A DNA stretch of 64,000 bases, from positions 256,001 through 320,000 of the forward strand of contig CAWCRS010000008.1 in the NCBI GenBank assembly GCA_963798085.1, in the 5' to 3' direction. This document shows, piece after piece, positions 28,695 to 38,266 of the stretch (position 1 is the stretch's first letter; every line of letters starts with the position of its first letter). The notes beneath the pieces were generated by a model. That model was not told the origin of the DNA, searched no databases, and saw nothing but the letters and a program-made list of their open reading frames with translations. This DNA comes from an uncultured Gemmatimonadales bacterium (GTDB lineage: Bacteria; Gemmatimonadota; Gemmatimonadetes; Longimicrobiales; RSA9). The position numbers were made by a program, and so were the translations under genes.

Positions 28695-30404
28695 TCATGT
28701 CTGCCGTGTCCGCTTCGTGCGCCAGCGCCACGCCAGATACACCGCGGCCAGTACTGCCAGCACCATGAGCGGTCCTGTCAGGATCATGAACCTCGTGCGC
28801 ATGAGGACCTCGTGGTCGTGCCGGATGCGCTGCGCCTCCGAACGTATGCCGGCCAGCTCGCCGAGCGCGTCCGCGTATCCGTACCACCAGGCATAGTCGG
28901 GCGCCATGTGGAATGCGCCCTTGTAGCTCTTGAGTGCGGAAAAGAAGAACAGGTTGAAATAGTCGCGTTCGATGGGGGAGACGTCGTAGTACAGGCTCGT
29001 GGGTGAATGCTGCGCGACGCCGCCCGGCAGTTCAATGGCGGAGAAATGGGGACCGGGGAGCAGGCCGGCAGAACGCGCTTCCTGGCTCGGGTCGAGCAGG
29101 TGATCGTCGTACAGCCCCTTGAGTATGCCCTGCGCCTGCACGACCAGGGCGTCGCCCGCCAGCTTGTGCGCATCGGCCGAAGACAGATACTCGCTCGCCT
29201 TGTCCTCCGAGTGACAAATGACACAGGTGCGAATCATGGCAGTGCGCTTCGCCACGTTCTCCGGCTGCACCGTAATGTCCTGCAGCTGACCGGTTGCAGC
29301 CTGGACGCCCATTCCCCAGATGATCTTGTCGGTCATGTTGTGGGTGACGCTGCGGGAGCCGTCGGGCGCGACATGAAGCATGTGACAGTAGGCGCAGGTT
29401 GGTGCATTGTAGGCCGCCTGCGCCATGGACACGGTCCAGTCCCACTGCTGGCCGCGCGCGGCATAGATGGAGCCGTGCTTCGACTCCATGTAGGCCTCGA
29501 AGTTCGGATGGTCCGGTCCCATGTGGCAGGTGTGACAGGCTTCGGGCTTGCGAGCCTCCTCCAGGTTGAAGGAATGGCGCGTGTGACACGCGATGCAGCC
29601 GTTGCGGTAGGGCAGGCTGCTCGTGTCGATGTATTTCTGAAGGCTGTCGCTCCAGTACTTCGCGTCGGTCGCGCCGGCCTGGGCGTGACAGGCGTCGCAG
29701 CCCATTTCCATGACCTTGCGCGGCATCTGCTTGTAATGCGGCACATCAATGTTGCGCGACCAGTTGATCCCCAGGTCACCGGGGCCAGGACCGTAGGAGT
29801 GCCCCGCGTCCAGCACGTGCTCCTTGTAGATCTGCGCGTGGCATGCGCCACAGGTCTCTTCAGCGACGCGCCCGCGTGATGCCATGATCTTGTCGTGGTC
29901 CATGCCGTGGCAATCGGCGCAGCCGATCTGCGCCCGTGCATAGACGACGCGCGGGTTCTGCTTGCCGGCGTGCCCCATCGCGCTCGACTGGAATTGCGCC
30001 ACAATGATCGGGTTGTAGCGCTCGTGGCAGGAAATGCAGCTGGCCGGGTCCTGGATGCCGCTCGGCAGATCGGCGCGGAGACGCGGCGGCGGCGCCGCGA
30101 CTGTGCGCACGTACTCGAAGATGCTGCGGGCATCATCGTCGCTCACGACATCGGGCGGGAACTGCGGCATCAGATTGCGCGGATTGCGAAGCTGGCTCAG
30201 GAAGGCGTCGAATGGGAGGCCCGTCGCCGCCAGTGATGGTCCGACACCGCCCCGCGCACTCGCTCCATGACAGCCGAGACAACCCTTCAGGATGAAGAGG
30301 CGTTCGCCCTGCTGTGGGGCCGGACTGGCGGCGCCTTGCGCGCACGCCGCTCGAGGCAGAAGAAGCAGCAGCGGGAATGCGAGGAGGAAAGACCGTGGAT
30401 TCAT
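28695..30404 (-). CDS. Multihaem cytochrome c of the hydroxylamine oxidoreductase (HAO) family with an extra N-terminal monohaem domain and a C-terminal TM anchor
   Basis: Nine CxxCH (CLGCH, CISCH, CADCH, CGACH, CDACH, CIACH, CHTCH, CAYCH, CVICH); HAO-type CHTRHSF..EARKPEACxxCHMGPDHP..E.Y..SKHG and AFHMAPDY; signal peptide; AAGGAG RBS. Confidence 0.88.
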   Translation of the reverse strand: MNPRSFLLAFPLLLLLPRAACAQGAASPAPQQGERLFILKGCLGCHGASARGGVGPSLAATGLPFDAFLSQLRNPRNLMPQFPPDVVSDDDARSIFEYVRTVAAPPPRLRADLPSGIQDPASCISCHERYNPIIVAQFQSSAMGHAGKQNPRVVYARAQIGCADCHGMDHDKIMASRGRVAEETCGACHAQIYKEHVLDAGHSYGPGPGDLGINWSRNIDVPHYKQMPRKVMEMGCDACHAQAGATDAKYWSDSLQKYIDTSSLPYRNGCIACHTRHSFNLEEARKPEACHTCHMGPDHPNFEAYMESKHGSIYAARGQQWDWTVSMAQAAYNAPTCAYCHMLHVAPDGSRSVTHNMTDKIIWGMGVQAATGQLQDITVQPENVAKRTAMIRTCVICHSEDKASEYLSSADAHKLAGDALVVQAQGILKGLYDDHLLDPSQEARSAGLLPGPHFSAIELPGGVAQHSPTSLYYDVSPIERDYFNLFFFSALKSYKGAFHMAPDYAWWYGYADALGELAGIRSEAQRIRHDHEVLMRTRFMILTGPLMVLAVLAAVYLAWRWRTKRTRQT

Positions 30405-30599
30405 CGTCGGCATCTCCTTTCCACTGCGCGGCCCGGGGGTGTGACACAACACAGTACATTTGCTCCGCCTGCCGTGCCAGCGCCGATCGCGGTCCCTGCG
30501 CCACGCACCCGCGGGCCGGGGGATTGCCGGGCGAGAGGAGCTTTGAAGCACTCCTCCGCCTGGACCCGCGGCGAGTCCGTGTCTGCGCGGTGGAAGCCG

Positions 30600-30990
30600 C
30601 CCCGTTCCAGTCCCCTCTCCCCACCCGTAAACCCTCCCCCTCCTCCGCCTCTGACTCCTGGCTGTCCGCACGCAGCGGCGTTACCACGGCCGATCAGTCT
30701 GCCCAGGTGGCTCCGACATGGGCGCCGTCGTGCAGCTGGCTTCCAATGTACCCATCTCGCCACCATCCCCGGCCCATTCCCCGGCGCAACTAACAACCTG
30801 TCAGAACCGGGAGACGGACAGGGACATGGAGACGGATCGGGGGAGGAGAAGGAGGAGGAGTGTGTACGGGAAGGGAGAGGGGCAGGGTCAATGCCTGCGC
30901 AGTTCCCCTGCCCCCATCCCTCAACGGGTGCCCATGCCCGCGTCCGACCCCTGAACCTCGCCCTTCCCCGCACCCCTTCCCCCGCAGTCC
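30600..30990. repeat. Full family A element: pyrimidine arm, CTAACA-N3-TGTCAG core, purine arm, 29-bp conserved core
   Basis: 30790-30951 aligns by eye with 58665-58818; 30600-30660 is an imperfect reverse complement of 30830-30890. Confidence 0.75.
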
Positions 30991-31000
30991 AGGACCAGGG

Positions 31001-32880
31001 TCAGAGCGTCGGATGCCTCGTGTGCCAGTCGGTATTGATCTGATACTGGTGCGCCACAGAAAGGATGAGGTCGTCGTTGTACAGATTGCCGGCCAGCACG
31101 GCGCAGATGGGCTGCTGGTTGTAGACGGGCTCCGGCGTGGCAGTGGTGTCCGTGCCGCCTCGGCCCCGGCCGAAGCCGCGGCCCGCCGGCGGCGACTCGA
31201 ATTTGTACGGAACCACGGCGCACGGGATGGCCGGTCTGGGCGTGCAGGCCGATGTCGTACTGACCGCCGCCGGCGCCGCCCGGCACGTACATGTCCAGGT
31301 CCTTCAGCAGCTCGGCCATCTGGCTGATCAGGATGTAGCGCCGGCGTTGCTGCTGGATGAATTCGAAGGCGCGTGCAAACCGGCCGTTAGTCCAGCGCGT
31401 GAGGGCGGCCATGCCCGTGGGATTGCCCGGGTCGCCCGGCCGCGGCCGCCACCGAAATCGCCGCGCCCGCCGCCGCCGCGCCCCGTGCTGTCCGCGCCTG
31501 CGCCGCCACCGGCCGGCCACCACCCCCACCCCCGCCACCACCGCGCTGCGGCGGCTCGGGAATTGTCGCCAGGTCGATGCCCAGCTCCTTCGCCTTCCAC
31601 TCGACGTACGAGTCGAAAGCGGCTGGCGACTCCACGCCCAGCCCGCCGCCCTGCAGCGAAGGCCGTGCGCCGATGGTGGTGGGGTTCGCGCCCAGCTCGC
31701 GCAACTTGCCCACAACTCGGCCGGCGCGTTCTCGTCGACACCGATGCGCACGGCTGCGAGACTTGATGTTGCGGTCGAACTGGAATGGCGTCATGACCGT
31801 CGAGGGATCCTTCGGGATCGACGCCATGGATCGTGTTGAACGACCATGGCGCAGTCCTCGATGGTGCGGCAGATCGGCCCCACGCGGTCCTGCGACCAGG
31901 CCAGTACCATCCCGCCGTAGCGACTGACACGGCCGAACGTGGGACGCAGTGCGCTCAACCCGCACTCACGCGCGGGTGACACGATCGAGCCCGATGTCTC
32001 GGTGCCGATCCCGAACGCGACGCAACCCGCTGCCGTAGCCGACGACGGGCCCGCCGACGAGCCGCTCGAGCCGCGCCGGATGTCCCACGGGTTGTTGGTG
32101 CGGCCGCGATACCACTGATCGCCCTGTGCGAAGAGACCAGTCGCAAGTTTCGCCATCAGCACGGCGCCCGCGTTGCGCAGTCGCACGACGACTTCCGCGT
32201 CCTCATCGATGACGCGATTCTCGAAGTCTTTCGAGCCCCACGTGGTACGCACACCCTTCGTCGAGAACAGGTCCTTCACGCCATAGGGAACGCCGTGCAG
32301 GGGTCCGCGATATTTGCCGGCCTTGATCTCGGCATCGGCCCGCGCCGCTTCCGCCAGCGCCTGCTCCTCCATGAATCGTCACGGCGCAGAGCAGTGTCGG
32401 GATCGAGGCGCTTGATGCGGTCCAGATAAATGCGTGTGATCTGCGTCGATGTGAGTTTGTTCGCCTTGATGAGCGCGGAGATGCGGTGCGCCGGCAGGAA
32501 CGCCAGCTCGTCCGGCGAGGTGGGTACGGCGCCGGTCCACGGCTGGACCACGAAGGTTGCACGACGGAACGCCGCGGCACCATGCTCGCTCGACCATTTT
32601 CTCCAGGAGTGCACCCGTACCGCCCGGATACGGCTGGAACGTCCACGACACCGGCTCGCCATTGCCCAGCGGCGCCGGCGGCTGCTGCTGCGGCGCCTGT
32701 CCACCTGCGCGCCTGCGCCGCGGCGCGCCCGCCCAGACCGAACGTGCTCGCTGCCGCCGAGACCAGCGAGAAGAACACGAATTCACGGCGCCCCATGCCG
32801 GTGAGTTCCTGCTCATCCGCCATCGGCTCCGCCTCGCTCTGCACCTGGTCCAGCAGTTCGAGCTCTTCGCGCATGTCCAT
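31001..32880 (-). CDS. Amidase signature (GatA-like) enzyme with Tat-like leader; multiple frameshifts
   Basis: Fragments in several frames: GRREFVFF, GPLHGVPYGVKDLF, GSSGSSAG, GTETSGSIVSP, ending WHTRHPTL*. Confidence 0.82.
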
Positions 32881-32921
32881 GGTCAACTCCCGGTTCAGTC
32901 TGTTCGTCTGTCCAAATCTCA

Positions 32922-32968
32922 TGAACTGCGTTGCTGGTTGCTGGGGCGAGCCCCAGCAACGCAGTTCA
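32922..32968. repeat. Hairpin / family B REP-like element at the 3' end of the amidohydrolase gene
   Basis: TGAACTGCGTTGCTGG...CCAGCAACGCAGTTCA has perfect 16-bp inverted ends. Confidence 0.75.
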
Positions 32969-34481
32969 GTTCCTTCGCGTCCAGACCGGCTTCTCGGGCA
33001 ATTTGTCGCGGTCCACAACGATGCCCTCCCGCATCACCAGCGACAGCTTGCGGATATTGTGCGATGTCCGCGGTCGGGTCGGCATCGAGCAGGAGGATGT
33101 CGGCGATCTTGCCGCTCTCCAGGGTGCCGAAATCCTTGAGGCCCTGCGAGGCGATGGCGCCGTTCTTCGTTGCTGGCACGATCGCCTGCGCTGGCGTCAT
33201 GCCCAGCTCGACGAGACCTTCGATCGCGGCCAGCGTGGCGGTGCCGGGCATGTGGTGGAAGTCGCTGCGTGGGTTGCGGCTGAACTCGGGTGCGCCGCTC
33301 AGGTACGTGTCCGTCGATGGCGTGGTGACGCAGCCGCCCTTGATCAGCTTCTGCGCGTTGCCGCGGCGCACAGCGATGCCATTCTGACGCCGGGCCTGGC
33401 GCAGCTCCCAGCCGGTCTTCTGCCGCTCGCCGGACTTCATGGTGTCGCTGCGCGCCGAGTCGGCACGCGCCGAGTCCGCGCGTTGCGTACGCTTCAGGTA
33501 ATCCTGCCACGGCTTGCCCGTGATGGTGTTGGCCAGAATCGAGCACATCACGTGACGGTCGACGATCAGCTGCACCAGGTCATCCGGGATGGGGATATCG
33601 TGCACTTCCGGGTGCTGGATCACGTCGATGCCCGCTTCCACGGAAATGCGCAGCGGCTCCGGGTTCGTCGAGTGCGTTTCCGCGAACCTGCCGTACTTGT
33701 GCACTTCCTCGACCAGCGCCTTCTGCTGCCGCGGCGAGAATGTGATCAGGCTGTTAGTGTGCGCCGTGCCGCCGTACTTCACGAAGTCGGGGCCCTTGTC
33801 CAGATACTTGTCCATGGCGATGCGCAGCTCGTCGGGCGACAGCTCGAGCAGCTCCTCGCCCGCGCCCTGCGCAATGAAGTCCATCATCTGCTCGTCGAAG
33901 TAGGTCTGCGGCGTGGAGTTCGAGAACAGCGGCGACTTGGGGCCGCCCCAGCCCACAATGTTGCCGGCCACCAGCATGCGTGGCCCCAGCAGCTTGCCGT
34001 GCCTGATGGAGTCGCGCACGACGATGAGCGGCAGCAATGCGCCGTAGCTGTCACGCACGTTGGTGATGCCGTACTTCAGCTCGGTCTGCGCCGCCTCCAC
34101 CACGAGATCCACGAACTGATCCTCGTAGCGCACCATGGACTCGCCGTTGTTGTAGAGCGAGAGGTGCACATTGGTGTCGGAGAAGCCGGGCGTGGCGAAT
34201 TTGCCGGTGGCATCGACAACCCGGGCGCCTTTGGGCACGGCGATGGACCCCTTCGGGCCGATGGCCGCGATGCGCTGGCCGCGCACTACAATCGTCACGT
34301 CCGGCACGGGTGGCCCACCGTTGCCGTCGATCAGGGTCGCACCGACCAGCGCCACCACATTTTCCGCAGGCGGCGCCACGCCCTTCTGCGCTGCCAGCTG
34401 GAGTGGAGCGAACAGCAGGATGAGCAGGGCGGGGGTGACTGCGATCCGGCGGAGCCGCCTGGCGCCGCGTCGAGCGATCAT
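32966..34481 (-). CDS. Secreted metal-dependent amidohydrolase; frameshift near 33060
   Basis: ALVGATLIDGNG, PGFSDTNVH, GTLESGKIADILLLDADP. The corrected C-terminus reads NIRKLSLVMREGIVVDRDKLPEKPVWTRRN*. Confidence 0.85.
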
Positions 34482-34649
34482 GGGAGCCTCCCGAAGCAGG
34501 GGACAGCAACATGCGCTGCCGGCCCGGAGCGGACAAGCGCCCCGGCGCACCGCCGGCCCGCAGGCGCGACCGAACGCGGTGCCCCCATGCGGCAGAAGAC
34601 TCCCGACCCGGAACCCCGGCAATCAGCGTCGCGGCCGGCGCCACGGGCA

Positions 34650-35858
34650 TCAGTGGCGCAGTTGCAGGCGCGCGAGGTCGACGAGCTGGAGGGTGCGGGA
34701 CACGTAGTTCGTGACGACGAGGGTGCGTCCGTCCGCCGTCACGCGCAGCTCGCGCGCGAAACCACCCGCCGGGATCGAATCGGACGGCGTCGCGCTGCCG
34801 GCACGCAGCCGTGCGGCGTCCAGCACGTAGAGCGGCTGGCTGTCGGCCACGTTGGCGGCGAAGCGGTTCGAGCTGGTGACGACGACGCTCCGGCCAGCAT
34901 CGATCACGGCCACGCCCACGGGCGCAGTACCCACCCGTCCCCGGCCGATCCGTGCGTGAGCCGTGTCCGTGCGCAGCTTCTGCGTGTCGAAGGCGAGGAG
35001 TGCGTTGTCGCCTCGGGCGGTGACATAGGCCACATCGCCGGCGGGCGAGAGCACCAGGCGCACGGGGTTGCAGCCTGCCGGCACGCGTGATAACACAGCA
35101 TTCGCCGGGTCTGTCCGCGCGCGCGCCACATCGATCACCAGGACCGCGCCCCTGCTGTGGTTGTCCGGCGTGCCTGCAGCCGAGCCTTCCGGCCGGCACT
35201 CGTTCGGCCAGTTCCAGGCGGGCGGCGCCGACTGGCTCGTGACGTACAGGTAGCGCGCATCCGGTGAGAGCGTGACCGCGATCGGCGCATTGCCCGTGGC
35301 AATCGAGCCAATCGTGGCCGCATCACTGTAGCCTCTGGCGCGCGCTTTCACGAGATCGATGGCGAGGACCGAGGCGGCGCGCTCGGCCGCCACAAACACG
35401 GTCTTATCGTCGGGCGTGACATTCACGTAGACCATGCCGGTCGGCTGGTCATCGCCCATGTACCCCAGCACCGGATCACCCTGGCCGGACTGCAGGCGGC
35501 CGACGTCCAGGAATCCGAGCCAGCCCCCGGCTGCGACAATGAGCAGCCGCCCGTCGTGCGTCAGCACCGCACCCGCGGGTGTGCCCTTCATGATCACCCG
35601 ACGAACCAGCGTCACCGTGCCGGCGGCCCGCCGCAGCACGGCGAGCGAAGCCTGCGGCGAGTCCTGCTGCACCAGGGTCACGAAGATCCAGCACCCGTCC
35701 GCCGTCACCACCGGCTCGAACGGATTCGCGGGCATCGGGATGTGCACAATGGAGTCGCGCGCCGGCTGGTTGCAGTTGCTCTGCGCCTGCGCGGTGCCGG
35801 CGGCGCCCAGCAGCGTGACCACGAGTGACCCGGGCAAGGCCATGCGGGCGCGCCTCAT
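34650..35858 (-). CDS. Secreted YncE/YVTN-like beta-propeller protein
   Basis: Signal peptide; repeats PIAVTLSPDARYLYV, PVRLVLSPAGDVAYV, ADGRTLVVTN. Confidence 0.8.
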   Translation of the reverse strand: MRRARMALPGSLVVTLLGAAGTAQAQSNCNQPARDSIVHIPMPANPFEPVVTADGCWIFVTLVQQDSPQASLAVLRRAAGTVTLVRRVIMKGTPAGAVLTHDGRLLIVAAGGWLGFLDVGRLQSGQGDPVLGYMGDDQPTGMVYVNVTPDDKTVFVAAERAASVLAIDLVKARARGYSDAATIGSIATGNAPIAVTLSPDARYLYVTSQSAPPAWNWPNECRPEGSAAGTPDNHSRGAVLVIDVARARTDPANAVLSRVPAGCNPVRLVLSPAGDVAYVTARGDNALLAFDTQKLRTDTAHARIGRGRVGTAPVGVAVIDAGRSVVVTSSNRFAANVADSQPLYVLDAARLRAGSATPSDSIPAGGFARELRVTADGRTLVVTNYVSRTLQLVDLARLQLRH

Positions 35859-36030
35859 GATTCAGTGCTCCTCCTGCGCAAAGCCAAAGTCAGGCCGTGA
35901 GGCAGGCGATGTCGAAACCAGGCGGCTTGCCTTCGGCTCGGCGGCTCCGCGTGAGAACGATCCGTCACCGGAACTCGCCGTCGCGGATTTCGCGTCTCCG
36001 GGTCCCGCCGTGCCCGATTCTCGCGAACAC

Positions 36031-37842
36031 TCAGAAGCCTGTCGGCCGCTCGCCCACCACGCCCAGCTCCTGCTCCAGCCGCAGCCCCACCCGCCCGATG
36101 GTGCCTTCATCGAACAGGTGTCCTAACAGCGTGATGCCGTGCGGCACGCGCCGGGGCGGCGAAAACTTCGGCAGCGGATTGGCGGGGTCGGGCGCCCAGT
36201 CGCTTCTCGCCTCGGCCACCTCGACGAAGCCGGCGCGCAGCGTGACCGAGGGGTGGCCCGTGAAGTTCGAGATGGTGAGCATCTCGTCCCGCAGTGAAGG
36301 CACGACCAGCAGGTCGATCTGCGAGAAGACGCGTGCCATCTCGCCTGCCACCATGCGGCGGAAGCGGTCGCCCTGAACGAAGTCCACGGCCGACAGGAAA
36401 CGCGACATGCGGAAGAGGTTGGGCCAGGCATCGGGCACCTGCGCCTTGAGTTGATTCACGCCGCCGCTCAGCGTCAGGTCCTCGAACGCGGCGGCCGCTT
36501 CGCTGAACAGGTTGAGCAGCAGGTTGCCGTAGGGCCAGTCGGGCAGCGAAACCTCGACCGGTGTCAGGCCCAGCTTCTTCAGGGTCTCGAACGCCACGCG
36601 ATCGACATCGGTGGCCGGGCCCTCGTCCATCCATTTCGGGAAGTAGCCCAGCCGCAGTCCGCTGACAGACGCGTTCGCATCGTACTCCAGGTTCGCGGGC
36701 CGCGTCGCCAGATCGCCCGCATCGGGTCCGGCAATGGCGTGCAGCACGAGCATGGCATCCTCCACGCTGCGCGTCATGGGGCCCAGCTTGTCCAGCGACC
36801 AGCACAGCGTCATGGCGCCTGTGCGCGGCACCCGCCCGTACGTCGGGCGCAGGCCCGTCACGCCGCAGCGCATGCTCGGGCTCACAATGCTGCCGCCCGT
36901 TTCACTGCCAATGGAGAAGGCGACAAGGCCCGCAGCGGTCGCGGCGCCCGGTCCGGCGCTCGATCCGGACGCACCCTCCTCGAGCAGCCACGGATTCATG
37001 GTCTGGCCGCCGAACCAGATGTCATTGAGTGCGAGCGCGCCCAGGCTGAGCTTGGCCAGCAGCACACCGCCCGCCTGGTGCAGCCGCGCGACGACCGCGG
37101 AATCCGCAGCGGGCACGCGGTCACGGAACGGCTCGGCGCCATACGTCGTCGCGATCCCCGCAGTGTCCAGCAGATCCTTCACGCCATAGGGGATGCCGTG
37201 CAGCGGACCGCGGTACTTCCCGGCCGCGATCTCGCCGTCCGCCTGCTTCGCCTGCTGCAGCGCGTTTTCCCGGTTGAGCGTGATGATCGAGCGGATCTTC
37301 GCATCCAGCCGCTCAATGCGCGCCAAATAGATGTTAGTGAGTCGCTCCGACGTCAGTTTCTTCTGCTGGATCCACTGCGACAGCTGCCAGACCGGCGCGA
37401 AGGCAATGTCGTCATCACCTGAAGGCAGCGCACCCGGGCTGGCCGTGCTGCGCACGAAGCGGTCCCGCGCCGGCCCGCTGCTGAGGCCCGGCAGCACGGG
37501 ATTCCACTGTGTGGCCGGCGCCAGCTCCGGCTTCAGCTCGACCTTGCGCGGGCCCGTGCGCCGCTCCAGCAGCGGCGCCATGGTACGGCGCCAGCTGGCG
37601 GCGGCCATGCGCTCTTCCGGGTCGCTCATCGTGACCTGCGCCAGCTTCCCGGCCTCGTCGAAGGTGAGCGGCCGCACCGCGGGACCGACCTCCGGCGCCG
37701 TGCCGAACGCGGGCGGAGCGCCCGGCGTCGCAGCCGGACTCTGTGTCGTCGCCTGCGTCTGCGGCTTCTCTCCGCCGCACGCGGCGGCCAGCGTGACGAG
37801 ACCGATGGGCGCCTGGATGAGGAACTGTCGCCGGGTGTTCAC
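36031..37842 (-). CDS. Amidase signature family protein with Tat (lipo)signal
   Basis: TRRQFL leader, LAAAC; GPLHGIPYGVKDLL, GASGSSAG, GSETGGSIVSP. Confidence 0.92.
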   Translation of the reverse strand: MNTRRQFLIQAPIGLVTLAAACGGEKPQTQATTQSPAATPGAPPAFGTAPEVGPAVRPLTFDEAGKLAQVTMSDPEERMAAASWRRTMAPLLERRTGPRKVELKPELAPATQWNPVLPGLSSGPARDRFVRSTASPGALPSGDDDIAFAPVWQLSQWIQQKKLTSERLTNIYLARIERLDAKIRSIITLNRENALQQAKQADGEIAAGKYRGPLHGIPYGVKDLLDTAGIATTYGAEPFRDRVPAADSAVVARLHQAGGVLLAKLSLGALALNDIWFGGQTMNPWLLEEGASGSSAGPGAATAAGLVAFSIGSETGGSIVSPSMRCGVTGLRPTYGRVPRTGAMTLCWSLDKLGPMTRSVEDAMLVLHAIAGPDAGDLATRPANLEYDANASVSGLRLGYFPKWMDEGPATDVDRVAFETLKKLGLTPVEVSLPDWPYGNLLLNLFSEAAAAFEDLTLSGGVNQLKAQVPDAWPNLFRMSRFLSAVDFVQGDRFRRMVAGEMARVFSQIDLLVVPSLRDEMLTISNFTGHPSVTLRAGFVEVAEARSDWAPDPANPLPKFSPPRRVPHGITLLGHLFDEGTIGRVGLRLEQELGVVGERPTGF

Positions 37843-38032
37843 TGTGGCAGTCTCCGGTCCGGTTCGGGCTGTGCGTGTGAGAGCGTGGAGTATAGGGAGT
37901 CGCGTTAGTGATGGCGAGACAGCGTGAGCCAAGGAGCCGTTGGCGAACGGCGCCAGTCCGCCGGACCATCGGGCGTCGAACGGCGGGCTCACGCGGAGCG
38001 AAGACGCGAGGACTGTGGGGAATTCGTCGCGG

Positions 38033-38170
38033 TCATGGCGACTGTCGGGAGCGGCTCGTGCAGATCTTGTGGACGATGTGCCAGGCGCCGTTCACGCGCA
38101 GCAGATTGAGATAGTCCGTGTAAATGGAGCGCGGGTACGTTTCGACGACCTTGACGCTGGCGGCATCGCC
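38033..38170 (-). pseudogene. C-terminal remnant of an NTF2-like (lumazine-binding-like) protein
   Basis: DAASVKVVETYPRSIYTDYLNLLRVNGAWHIVHKI resembles the C-terminus of this family; the N-terminal half is absent. Confidence 0.55.
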
Positions 38171-38266
38171 GCCAGGGCGGCGCCGCGTACCGGGGCCCTG
38201 CGCGCGTGACGCAAACGCCGGAGCGTGCTGCGACATCCAACAACGGGGCCATCCGGAGGGTGACGC

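Noticed and set aside
28695..30404. Marker of ammonia oxidation
   Set aside because: No amo, cycA or cycB neighbours, and the cross-link Tyr cannot be confirmed.
31001..37842. gatA (Glu-tRNA amidotransferase)
   Set aside because: Both amidases have Tat-like leaders and there is no gatB/gatC; they are generic amidases.
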